Shown here: piece by piece, positions 50,235 to 62,447 of the stretch
Layout: every line of letters begins with the position of its first letter
Position numbering within the stretch: the first letter of the stretch is position 1
From: Malacoraja senta
Taxonomy: Eukaryota
Length of the DNA: 64,000 bases
Direction: 5' to 3'
Assembly (NCBI GenBank): GCA_038087875.1
Contig: CM075999.1
Span: forward strand, 870,001 to 934,000
Notes under the pieces: generated by a model
The model's database searches: none
What the model was told of the DNA's origin: nothing
The model's input: only the letters and a program-made list of their open reading frames with translations
Translations under genes and position numbers: made by a program

Positions 50235-53200
50235 ATTCCTCTGGTTTAAAGGGGATCTGATTCATTTCATTCTTGAAATGAATTACTGCATTTGTGGTAC
50301 AAATGTTATTATGAATGCATGATTGATTATTCTCGTTCCGAGTCAATCTATGCAGTGAGAAGCCGGGATTGATCCACGGCATGAAATCACAAAGCTTTAA
50401 AATCTTCACGTAGTCACTCACGTGACTCCGAAGTAAAATAGTAAGATTAAACGAGAACTTACCTAAGTTTGAAGTTTGATCTTTATTTTATGAGGAGTTA
50501 CGTAGGTGATTACGTGCCCACCACGACCCTACCCTCTATCATAAAGGTCAGATGGAAGTTCTTGTCTTACTCGTTTTAGTATGAGACTATATTACTTCGG
50601 TTGTTGTTTTTTGTGATTTCACACCGCTGCTTTGAAGATTGACGCGCAGGCGCACTGGCGGGGTTCTTCACGTAATCACCTACGTAACTCCTCATAAAAT
50701 AAAGATCAAACTTCAAACTTAGGTAAGTTCTCGTTTAATCTTACTATTATACTGCATCTGCCAAACATTTGCCCACTCACCCAGCCTATCCAAGTCACCT
50801 TGCAGTCTCCTAGCATCCTCCTCACAGCTAACACTGCCCCCCAGCTTAGTGTCATCCGCAAACTTGGAGATGTTGCCTTCAATTCCCTCATCCAGTTCAT
50901 TAATATAAATTGTAAATAGCTGGGGTCCCAGCACTGAGCCTTGCGGTACCCCACTAGTCACTGCCTGCCATTGTGAAAAGGACCCGTTTACTCCTACTCT
51001 TTGCTTCCTGTTTGCCAGCCAGTTCTCTATCCACATCAATACTGAACCCCCAATACCGTGTACTTTAAGTTTGTATACTAATCTCTTATGTGGGACCTTG
51101 TCGAAAGCCTTCTGAAAGTCCAAATAGAACACATCCACTGGTTCTCCCCTATCCACTCTACTAGTTACATCCTCAAAAAATTCTATAAGATTCGTCAGAC
51201 ATGATTTACCTTTCGTAAACCCATGCTGACTTTGTCCAATGATTTTACCACTTTCCAAATGTGCTGCTATCCCATCTTTAATAACTGACTCCAGCAGTTT
51301 CCCCACTAACTGGTCTGTAATTCCCCGTTTTCTCTCTCCCTCCCTTCTTAAAAAGTGGGGTTACTTTTGCTACCCTCCAATCCTCAGGAACTACTCCAGA
51401 ATCTAAAGAGTTTTGAAAAATTATCACTAATGCATCCACTATTTCTGGAGCTACTTCCTTAAGTACTCTGGGATGCAGCCTATCTGGCCCTGGTGATTTA
51501 TCGGCCTTTAATCTATTCAATTTACCCAACACCACTTCCCGACTAACCTGGATTTCACTCAGTTCCTCCATATCCTTTGACCCGCGGTCCCCTGCTATTT
51601 CCGGCAGATTATTTATGTCTTCCTTAGTGAAGACGGAACCAAAGTAGTTATTCAATTGGTCCGCCATATCCTTGTTCCCTATGGTCAATTCACCTGTTTC
51701 TGACCAAGGGACATACATTTGTTTTAACTAATCTCTTTCTCTTCACATATCTATAAAAACTTTTGCAGTCAGTTTCTATGTTCCCTGCCAGTTTTCTTTC
51801 ATAATCTATTTTCCCTTTCCTAATTAAGCCCGTTGTCCTCCTCTGCTGGTCTCTGAATTTCTCCCAGTCCTCTGGTATGCTGCTTTTTCTGGCTAATTTG
51901 TACGCATCATCTTTTGCTTTGATACTATCCCTGATTTCCCTTGTTATCCACGGATGCACTACCTTCCCTGATTTATTCTTTTGCCAAACTGGGATGAACA
52001 ATTTTTGTAGTTCATCCATGCAGTCTTTAAATGCCTTCCATTGCATATCCACCGTCAACCCTTTTAGAACTAATTGCCAGTCAATCTTGGCCAATTCACG
52101 TCTCATACCCTCAAAGTTACCTTTCTTTAAGTTCAGAACCGTTGTTTCTGAATTAACAATGTCACTCTCCATCCTAATGAAGAACTCAACCATATTATGG
52201 TCACTCTTGCCCAAGGGGCCACGCACAACAAGACTGCTAACTAACCCTTCCTCATTACTCAATACCCAGTCTAGAATAGCCTGCTCTCTCGTTGGTTCCT
52301 CTACATGTTGGTTTAGATAACTATCCCGCATACATTCCAAGAAATCCTCTTCCTCAGCACCCCTGCCAATTTGATTCACCCAATCTATATGTAGATTGAA
52401 GTCACCCATTATAACTGTTTTGCCTTTGTTGCACGCATTTCTAATTTCCTGTTTGATGCCATCCCCAACTTCACTACTACTGCTAGGTGGCCTGTACACA
52501 ACACCCACCAGCGTTTTCTGCCCCTTAGTGTTTCGCAGCTCTACCCATACCGATTCCACATCCTCCAAGCTAATGTCCTTCCTTTCCACTGCGTTAATCT
52601 CCTCTCTAACCAGCAACGCTACCCCACCTCCTTTTCCTTTCTCTCTATCCCTCCTGAATATTGAATATCCCTGGATGTTCAGCTCCCAGCCTTGGTCACC
52701 CTGGAGCCATGTCTCCGTGATCCCAACTATATCATAATCATTAATAGCTATCTGCACGTTCAACTCATCCACCTTATTACGAATGCTCCTTGCATTGAGA
52801 CACAAAGCCTTCAGGCTTGTTTTTACAACGCTCTTACCCCTTATACAATTATGTTGAAAAGTGGTCCTTTTTGATTTTTGCCCTGGATTTGTCTGCCTGC
52901 CACTTTTACTTTTCACCTTGCTACCTATTGCTTCCGCCCGCATTTTACACCCCTCTGTTTCTCTGCTCACACATTTAAGAACCCCACCACCTCTTATTCT
53001 CTGTTTATTATTGTTTTCTTCTTTCCCCCCTACATGTTGGGTCTGAGTGCTTTCCTTCTCTGCCTCCTGCCTCACACACTGTACCTATATACCTAACAAT
53101 ACTAGTCCGGAGGGATCTTTCACTAAAGCAATGGTTAAATTGAGAAATTTGAGGAAAGAGATCAAGCAGAATGCAGGTTTTGGACATGACACCTTCAGTT

Positions 53201-53659
53201 GGCTGGAAACAATGTTAGGCGGGTGGGGATCATGGGTGGCTAAAACGGGGATGATCATTGGAGTTGTGCTGCTCGTGGTGGTTGCCGTGTTTTGTTGTGT
53301 CTTACCTTGTATTAAGTCTTTTCTAGTGAGAGTTACTGCCAAGCAGCTTTTGGTGCTCAGGGATGAAGGTGAAGAAGTTCCCCTTAAGAAGCAGACACCA
53401 ACGATAGAATACTATGATGATGATGTGCAGAACATGCCAGAGAGATATTGAAATATAGATTGTGTGGAGAACTGGGTCTTTTTCCCCACCCTAGTATAAT
53501 GGAGGTAGGCTTTTGGCCCAGATATCCAGGTTTTTAGAGAAAGAACACTATAAAACTGAGCATTACAAATTTAAGGTCCCTGAAATTGGTCATAGTTTAA
53601 TTTGACAACCAAGATGTGGAGATTGTGGTGTTCTTTTTCTATGAGACTTAAGAAGTCTC

Positions 53660-53669
53660 AGAGGGGGGA
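53660..53669 (+). promoter_or_regulatory. ERV polypurine tract
   Basis: AGAGGGGGGA directly upstream of the 3' LTR. Confidence 0.85.
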
Positions 53670-53671
53670 TA

Positions 53672-54844
53672 TATAGTAGATATTATTTTCTGTATTAAAT
53701 GTATCTTATATAATCTGTATTTAAAAGTAGTTTAAAAAGTGTGGCCGTTCTCAGGTTACAGGCCATTTGGTCAGTCACTGACCACATGCTTTTTCTCAGG
53801 AGACATTCTGCAATACAAAGGGCTGAGCATTGGGCTTAGCATTTACGAATGGCAATTGTTTACATTTAGATAATGTTGGGTGGTGGGTATATGACCTTTG
53901 TAGGTTAGATTTATGTTGTTTATATGAACTGAGGGGACTAAGATGTTGAGAAAGAATAGTGTGGCTGGAAATGTGACAATCCTTAGATAATGTTGTCAGT
54001 ATGATAGCAGTCGTAAAGAGGCCCAAGAAGAGGCCCAAGGATGGGGTTGGAATGCCATCCTCCTAGAGATAACAAGAAAGGGGGAGGGAGTGTGAGATGG
54101 CCAAAGGACCATTATCATTTGTCACCTGGGACTGTTTTATGACCCTTGTTATGCTGGCAAAATAGAAGGTATGTTTGCAGAGATAGAGTACATTCATACT
54201 TTAAAGTTTATAACGTAAGATAATGCTAGTTTAAAGATGATGTGTAAAGAAGGTAATCTGGGAAATATAGTGTATTTTAATTAGGGAAATTGTATTTCTA
54301 TTTTACATTAGATCTTTGTGTTTGGATCTGTAGTTTAAGAAGTTACATTCTTTCCCAAGATTATAGGTTTAATGGGAACAAGGTCTTATTATATATAAAT
54401 TGGGCAAACACTGAAACACATGTAGCTTATTTTGAGGAGCGATCTTTGTGAATTAAGACCACTGTTCTTTGGATTACACGTGGTTAAAATAAAGCATTTC
54501 AGAACAACAGAAGAAGCCACGAGGCTAGCAAGGGGCCATAAAGGGGAGTCATGTGACTTATGACTGTGGTTATTGTGGAAAAGTACTGGTAAGAGGGGCA
54601 TAAGAGGATGCGAGTGATTGGCTGTAAATAAGGGAATGCTGGCAAATGATTGGATATGGAGATAACAGAGGTGGGAGATGCGAATGTGAAAATAGTATAA
54701 AGAGTGATGATTGTTTGTAAAAGAGGTCTCCATGTGTTTTGATGATGTAGAGAACTCAATCTTTTGTTTGCAAATAAACGTTTGAACCTCTTGAAGAATT
54801 CTCCGTGTCTCACGAATTAATTTAGAGGATTGAAAACCACAACA
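53672..54844 (+). repeat. ERV 3' LTR (1173 bp)
   Basis: About 26 substitutions and 1 indel versus the 5' LTR by manual comparison. Confidence 0.97.
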
Positions 54845-55203
54845 CTCTCTGCTCCCTCCCCCCTCCCCCCCCCACAATCAGTTTAGAGAAGGGTCCCAAC
54901 CAAAAATGTCTCCAGGGATGCTGCTTAACCTTCTGTATTACTCCAACACTTTGGTTGTTTTTTTTATAACCGATAAATCATCACTCAATGAGGTGCTCCT
55001 TCAATGTGCCCTCTCTTATTGCACTCTTTGGTGGTTAATGTACACACTGCTCTCTGCCCTTGCACTACAGTTAAATTGATACAATCCCTTCACGCATACT
55101 TCCGGAAACCTAATCCCAAAATGCTAAAATTGAACCAATTGAACAATTGATCTGTTGCTAGGCTAAATGACTCTCCTTCATCAACAACATCCCCCCAACA
55201 CCC

Positions 55204-55237
<34 letters not shown>

Positions 55238-55244
55238 GTCAAAC

Positions 55245-56240
55245 GAGGGCAGGACCTTCACAGTGAATGGCAGGGCTCTGGGAAGTGTAAAGCAAAAGGA
55301 TCTAGGAGTACAGATTCATAGTTGCCGAAAATGGCGTCATAGGTAGATAGGGTGGTAAAGAAGGTGTTTGGTACATTGGCATTATCAGTCTGGGTTTAGA
55401 GTTTAGAGATACAGTACAGAAACAGGCCTGTTGGCCCACTGAGTCCACGCCAACCACGGCCACCCATATAGTAGGACCGTACTAAACATGAGCACCAATT
55501 GACAGAAGCCAATTAACTTACAAACCTGCACATCTTTAGGATGTGGGAGGAAACTGGAACACCCATGGGAAACCCTTAAGGTCACAGGGAGAACGTACAA
55601 ACTTCATACGGACAACACCCGAAGTCTGGATCAAACCTGGGTCTCTGGTGCTTTGAGGCAGCAGCTCCACAGCTGTGCCACTGAGTATAGAAGTTAGAAA
55701 ATTGTCATAGTTGTGCAATATGTAGGTGAGGATACATTTGGAGTAATGTATTGAGTTTTTATTACCCTCCTGTAGGAAGGATGTCATTAAACTGGAAAGA
55801 GTGCAGAAAGGCTTTACAAGGATATTGCCAGTACATGGCATTAGCTATAGGGAGAGTTTGGCCAGCTGGGACTTTATTCTTTGGAAGGTAGATGTATAAA
55901 ATCCTACATGAATGTGATAAGGTGAATCTCTTGCCCAGGGTAGTGGATTCAAGAACTAGAGGACGTAGTTTTAAGGTGTGAATGGAAAGAATTAATAGGA
56001 ACACGAGGAACAGCTTTTTCATTCAGAGGATGGTGGGTCTATGGAATGAGCTGCCAGAGGAGATAGTTGAGGCAGGTACTATAACAAAATTAAAAGACAC
56101 TTGGACAGGTACATGGATAGGAAAGGTTCAGAGGGATATGGGCCAAATGCAGGAAAATGGGACAAGCTTAAATGCGGCATCATGGTTGGCATGGATGAGT
56201 TAGGCTGAAGGGCTTGTTTCCATGCTGTATGATTCTATGA
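55245..56240 (+). mobile_element. Degenerate CR1 3' fragment with an antisense HE1-like SINE (~55395-55682)
   Basis: FFIQRMVGLWNELP and CR1 3' UTR; SINE tail and V-domain on the minus strand. Confidence 0.72.
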
Positions 56241-56536
56241 CACACGCATTCCCTGAACAGTCCTGGGTCATTGTATTGTCTACATAATGCATATTGAGAA
56301 CAATGGATAATTATTCATCATGGTATTTTGCAAAATTTAATGAGATTTGGAATATCCACACCCAGTATAAAATATTCGGATGAGGTCTTCAACAATGCAG
56401 TCTGTTTCCCAGGTGCAGGGAGTAAATTGACTGGGGATGAATCTGTCAGAAAAAATAACTCAAATTACTACATTTTTTGTCGAGCATAAATCATTGCTCA
56501 CAGCATTCGTGGGAAATTCTTCCCTTATATTTAAGA

Positions 56537-58031
56537 CTAGACTAAGTGTTCACACGGGAGGGCTGGTCCCCCAACGCAATATTCCACCTCTCCACCAATT
56601 CCAATATTGCTGGTCAGTGGGGGGGGGGGGAGGGTTCTGGAGCACTAGTAATGGTGTTGTGGGCCAAAGGGACTAGTTTCCAGAGGGCTAGTATGGACAT
56701 TGTGGGCCGAATGGATTCTTGGGCTGGCAGCTCAGTCACTCAGGCCTGGTGGGCTGGCAGCTCAGTTACTCAGACCTGGTGGGCTGGCAGCTCAGAAACT
56801 GCCAGAAATTCTGCCCAGAACAGGTGAGAGACTCTGTGAGAGAGAAGGGGGAGAGGGTGGAGAATCAATTTTAGACATTTTTCATCTTTTTCTGCAGATC
56901 ACAGCAATGAAGGAGGAAAGTCTATCCTGGCCTGGATCTCACAGGGAGCAAATGAAGGGAGGGAGAAAGATACTGGGGTGAGGTTTAAACTTGCAGGGGG
57001 AATACTTACGAAGCAACTCCTGGGCTAGTACAGGCCTGATGGACCGAAACGGCTCTTTAAAAAAAAATCTGTGAAATCTCAGTGAAAGGCACTTTTTCTG
57101 GACCTTTCCTGGCCTGGCATGGGCCTTTTGGGCCAAAATGCTCTTCCTGGGCTAATACTGGCATTTTGGGGGAAAGGGACTGGTTTCACGGCTAATAGGG
57201 GCTTTGTGGGCTGAAATTAGTGGTTTCAGGCAGGCCAAACAACTCATTTCATTTCATTTCCAATTGCATTGCAGTTTCAAGCACAGGGCAGGCCGAATAG
57301 CTCATTGCATTTTCATTTCACTTCCATTGCCATTGCAGTTTCAAGCACAGGGCAGGTCAAGCCAAACAGCTGATTGCATTTTTACTTCATTTCCACTGCC
57401 ATTGCACTTTCAAGCACAGGGCAGGCGCAAGCCAAGCAGCTGATTGCATTTTCACTTCATTTCCATTGCCACTGCACTTTCAAGCATAGGGCAGACTCAA
57501 GCCAAACAGCTCATTGCATTTTCACTTCATTTCCATTGCCTTTGCAGTTTCAAGCACAGGGCAGGCCCAAGCCAAACAGTTCATTGCATTTTCACTTCAT
57601 TTCCATTGCCATTGCAGTTTCAAGCACAGGGCAGGCCAAACAACTCATTTCATTTTCATTAAGGGCTAACAAATCATTTATTCAAGTACATTGCATACTC
57701 ACAGTGTTCTGTAGCTTCCCAGCTCAGACAGAGAGTCGTGACCTCTCCCTCACCATCTTGCAGACAGACTGAACCACGCCCACACTTCCGGGTTTTATAG
57801 TCGCTCCCACTCCCACCGGAAGGTGATTGACAGGAGAGAGATCCTCAAGATTTTGTAAACACTAATAAGTCTTTTATTTTTCATAGATGGGAAAAATCCT
57901 CGGGGCCTGCGCAGCAGAGGACTCTGAGTAAGATGGCCAAAAAATCACAGCCATATGTGGTAGCGTTTTTTCTAAAATCAAAGCACAGTGCAAACAGGAA
58001 GTGGTCAAGATGAGACTTTTAATTATATAGA
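56537..58031 (-). mobile_element. Non-autonomous Helitron with internal minisatellites
   Basis: Minus strand begins A|TCTATATAATTAAAAG and ends CTAG|T; no TSD. 30-bp x3 repeat at 56721-56795; ~70-bp x6 repeat at 57230-57660. Confidence 0.7.
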
Positions 58032-58057
58032 TAGCTATAGAAATGCCCAAGGATTAA

Positions 58058-58340
58058 TGTTTAGTTTAGTTTAGTTTAGAGATACAGCGCGGAAATAGGC
58101 CCTTCGACCCAAAGAGTCCACACCGACCAGCGATCTCCCCACATTAACATTACCTTTTACACACTAGGGACAAATTACACTTATACCAAGCCAATTAACC
58201 TACAAACCTGTACGTCATTGGAATGTGGGAGAAAATTGAAGATCTCAGAGAAAACTCACGCGGTCACGGGGAGAACGTACAAACTCCGTACAGACAGCAC
58301 CGTTGTCGGGGTCGAACCCGGGTCTCTGGTGCTGCAAGCA
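58058..58340 (-). mobile_element. HE1-like V-SINE
   Basis: (CTAAA)n tail, GAGTTTGTACGTTCTCCCCGTGACCGCGTG V-domain, GGTTCGACCCC B-box. Confidence 0.85.
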
Positions 58341-60079
58341 GTTCAAGCTCCTAACTTCAATGAGCTTTCTAGGTATGAAAATAGGTGAAGGATCCTAACC
58401 TAAAATGTTGCCTATCCATGTTCTCCAGAGATGCTGAATGACCCATTGAGTTACTCCAGCAGTTTGTGTCTTTTTTTGTACCACAGCATCTGCAATTCCA
58501 TGTGTCTGTATGAAAATAGGTGTGATTGTTAATAGGTCAGAAATTCTTCAAGCATTCTTGCTTGCAAGTTAGGTGGAGCACATTATTTTTGTTTGAACAG
58601 TATTCGGTAAAATCCTCAAGGGCTGGGGAACTCGGTGAAAGTTCTAAATTTGTGGATAAGACCTGGTTGGCTTCGTGAGATTCATCCAATTTTAGATCAA
58701 AGTTAGCAGCTCGCTGATAGAGACTGCAGGTAGTTGGTGGGGTTGTCAGGTTTGCAGGGAAATTAGATTAATGGCACCACATATGAGATAGAATTTGTTT
58801 GAAAAAGCAAATTCCATGTAAGGAGCAGAACTTGTTAGAAATTTGATCCAAATAGACACAAACACAGGGAATAATCTGTTTCCCAGACTTTTTTTGTAAT
58901 TACAAGTTATTACCAGTACAAAATGACAACCAAAACACTATTCGAAGAAGTCAATCCAAGAAACAGAATATACATACATGCAAGTATCAAAGCAAAAATG
59001 TAAATACTCTTCCCTACGATGCGCTCAAGCCCCTCCAGCACCCAGCGGTGCTGAAAAATGGCCAAAGTGCTCATGGACACCATGTGTTCCCACTCTAAAG
59101 ACACCCAGGTACAGATGTAAGCCTGGAAAAGGTGTAGATGTTCGGCCTGGGAGGAGCCCTCGGCTGCCCATCACCATGAGCCACGAATGGCCATCTTAGC
59201 CAGGCCCAGCAGCAAATTCCCCAAAAACCCACTCCCTCCGCACCAGGTGCTCAAAGATCAGAAGAGTGGGGCTGAAGTGTAACCAGAATTTGAGGAGAAA
59301 ACTTGCCTGCTAGTGATAAAGCATTGAACAATGACCAGCGTTACCTCGGCTAACTCAACTTTTTGGAATGCCCTGAGAAAAGTCATTCCACAGGGATTCA
59401 CCAAAGGGCCAAGAAGAGAGTTCAGAAAACAAAGCCTTGGTGTGGCCAAAAGCATTGCTAATTCTTTAACCTTGTAGGTGTTCCCATGATCTTATCTTTT
59501 TGAATTGTCTAAAGGAACTCGCAAGAATTACTAGCAAAAGATAAGTAAAGGGATGATGTGATAGGATTGACATCCCCTGGCTTGGGTTCGTTTGTATGGT
59601 GGCTGCTCCCTTGTTGACACAAAAAACAGCAGATGCTGGAATTTTTAGCACAACACAAAAATCTGGAGGAGCTCAACAGGTCAGGCAGCATCTGTTGAGG
59701 GAATGGACAGACAACGTTTCAAGTCGGGACCCTTCTTCAGACTTAATGGAAGAGGGGGGAGAAAGTTGGAAAAGAGAGGAGGGGGTGGGTGAAAAGAGTG
59801 AAATGTAAAGTCAGTGGGAGAGATATGGATGGAAGGAGGGGAATGATGGATAGATAAAATGTATTGTGCAACTTGGAGAATTGGGAATGGGAAATATGTG
59901 TAAAATGGAGGGGGAAGGAGCATTCATATGTGTGGACAAGGACAGAGGGAATGAGATGGGATAAAGGAGGAAACTGTTTGGGAAGCTATGATTATTGTGA
60001 GATATTCCCCCGCCTCTAGAATAATGTCAACAAATGGAGAGCGATGGGATGAGTTGGAAGGATAATGAAGCAGAACTTT

Positions 60080-60969
60080 TCTCGTTTATTGAGATCTATA
60101 TTTTGTTGCATGCAACTTCATCTCTAATTTTCTGCACAACAATGTTGAAGTTGCTGTCAACATATTTTTTCCATAATGATGACTCACTTGGTGTATGTTC
60201 CTCTGTGTATTTCTCTAAAAAACCTCTGAGAGATTTGTTTTCCAATTTCCACAGTGGAATTCCAGCATCAATGAATGCCTTGCATGGATCACTCAAAAAT
60301 TCAGACTGGAGCCAGCAGTAAATGTGGTGAGGAGACAAGCTTGGGTATTTCGCTTGGGTAGTCTACGCCCCAGCGGTATCAACATTGATTTCTCTAATTT
60401 TAGATAGCCCTTGTCTTCTCCCTCCTCCCCCTCCGCCTTCCCAGCTCTCTTTCTAGACCTACTGTCTCCGCCTCTTCCTTTCTTTTTCCCGCCCCACCCC
60501 ACCCCCCACCACATCAGTCTGAAAAAGGGTCTCGACCCAAAACGTCCCCTATTCCTTCTCTCCATAGATGCTGCCTCACCCGCTGAGTTTCTCCAACATT
60601 TTTTGTCTATGATTTTTCCAGCATCTGTAGTTCTTTCTTAAATAGATCTTGGAGAAGACTGAACCAGCGGGCAGCGGCACGATCGAATGAACGACCGACG
60701 GTGGCGCCCCCGGTTTCGCCCCGTTGGTGGAAATTTTCTTGTAATTTATACTATGTTAACATGTTAATAATAACATTAATATTAACGTGTTAACATAGAA
60801 AACGTCATTGTAATCACGGTACAACTAGAGAAAATAGCACAACCTTTTAGCAAAATGGCAAAAAAAGGCTGATTTAGGCACTCAATCGTGAAAAAAGGCA
60901 TTATCTTGGTGAAATCATCAAAAAAGGCATGACAAGGCACTTGGCATTTATGGCAAAATCCTGGCTCTA
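60080..60969 (-). mobile_element. hAT (CGGBP1-related) transposon remnant, interrupted by a Penelope end (~60321-60641)
   Basis: F.SD.CKAFIDAGIPLWKLEN..LR.FLEKY...PSESSL.K.YV......I*ISINE; terminus TAGAGCCAGGATTTT at 60969. Confidence 0.65.
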
Positions 60970-62447
60970 GTCATAAGTGATAGGAGCAGAATTAGGCCAG
61001 TCAGCCCATCAGGTCTACGCCATTTAGTAATGGTTGATCTATCTCTCCCTCCTAACCCCATTCTCCTGCCTTTTCCCCATAACCCCTGACACCCACACTA
61101 ATCAAAGAGTCTATCTATCTCTGCCTGAAAAATATCAATTTTTAAGTGAGTGCCTGGAATATGCTGCTGGGGTGCCGGTGGAGGCAGATACAATAGTGGC
61201 ATTCAAGAGACTTTTGGATAGGCATTTGGATATGCAGAGAAAAGAGGGATGTGGATAATGTGTAGGCAGATGAGTGGGAAGGCATCATGTTTAACACAGA
61301 CATTATGGGTCAAAGGGCCTGTACTTGTGCTGTACTGTTCTACATTTTGTTTTATGTATCATTTCAAAAGACTAGGATGCTCAAGTAGGTCACACAACTA
61401 TTTTTGCAACAGGAGGGAGCCTAATGTTGGAATAGACACATTATGAGACATTGGAAGAAGCAATACATGGAAATGTCTCTCCAATTTCAGCTAATCCCTC
61501 CCCCCCCCCCACTCCCCCTAACCCTTCCCCATCCACCCAGTGTCTCCAATCTTACATCACTCCCTGTAAATCTTTCCTTCCATTCTGCCTGACCCCATCA
61601 CCATCCTTTCACTTCCCATCCTGTGCCCAATGTTGCTTACCCCCTTCCATCCCTGCCTCTAATTCTACATTTAATTCAACTTTTCTTCCTTGTCATATTC
61701 CACCATCAACACGCCTTTGTCTTCTCCACCCATCTGATATATGCCAATCACCCCTCCTCACCTGGATCAACCATCACTTGCCAACTTTTGCCCCACCCCT
61801 CCCCTCACCTCTATCTACCAGCTATCTGCCTTCTCTCTAACCCATCAATCTGAAGGTCTGGACCTGAAATGTCACCTGGCCATTTCCACCACAGATGCTG
61901 CTTGACCCGCTGAGATCCGCCACAACGTTGTGTTTTACTTACCCAGAGGAAACGAATACACATAAAAACGTAGCAGATAGGCAGAGTATCCTGACGGCAC
62001 AAGGAACTGCAGATAATGGAATCCTGAGCAAAAAGGCCCACAAAGTGCAGGAGGAACGCAGCGGGCCATAGAGTCATAGGGCCAGGCGCTATCTGTGCAG
62101 GGAAATGAACACTCGCGAGTGCCCTGTTTCCTTAATATTCTGACCTCCAAAATTATTTTTTCCATGCAATTCCTGAACGGAAATTAACGGTAACGTACAA
62201 GTTTAGTTATTTGGGAATAAGGTACTTTTTTTCTCTGCAATAGTATCTGTCACGTATCCATTATTGCATTGGAACAGCTATAAAACATACTACTTAAAAT
62301 TCCCAACCAGCAATTTATGCATCAAAAAACGTCACAATGAGTGCCATCTTTGTCTTTGTGATGGCGCACCGTAAGCAATTCAAGAGATTGCATTGCTTTA
62401 TTCTTTAACAATGTGTGTGTGCGTGTGCGCTGTCGGAGGAAGGCAGC

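Larger units (their letters stand above)
45957..50748 (+). mobile_element. DIRS1-like tyrosine-recombinase retrotransposon, structurally complete, ORFs decayed
   Basis: ITRs (45981-46015 = reverse complement of 50640-50674), internal complementary region 50403-50516, ATT at both junctions, RT/RNase H/MT/YR remnants. Confidence 0.95.
45131..53080 (-). mobile_element. CR1 LINE with near-complete ORF2 (APE endonuclease and RT), inserted in env; interrupted by DIRS
   Basis: LNARSIRNK, ITETWL, YRPP, MGDFN, SDHN; DFQKAFDKV, GVPQGSVLGP, FADDTK; (TCTATGTA)n tail at 45131; two frameshifts; at most a 1-bp target duplication. Confidence 0.96.
43955..53451 (+). pseudogene. env: ERV env, frameshifted (~44245) and split by a CR1 LINE (env parts 43955-45130 and 53081-53451)
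   Basis: Signal peptide, CIIC, RRKR furin site (44797-44808), ISD QNRQALDWLLAEKGGVC, CX6CC restored across the insertion (CVLFGEQC|CTYIP), TM helix. Confidence 0.92.
35413..54844 (+). mobile_element. Full-length decayed endogenous retrovirus (class I, epsilon/gamma-like, fish-type); ~10.8 kb without nested inserts
   Basis: Two LTRs, CTCT TSD (35409-35412 / 54845-54848), PBS, PPT, gag-TAG-pol-env order, gamma-type env. Confidence 0.97.

Noticed and set aside
57230..57660. Regular ~70-bp repeats as a CRISPR-like array or repeat protein
   Set aside because: No unique spacers; eukaryotic minisatellite inside a Helitron-like element. The ORFs are repeat artefacts.
62415..62447. GTG start given by the ORF track for the actin-like gene
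   Set aside because: Eukaryotic context; the first in-frame ATG at 62448 has A at -3 and is preferred.
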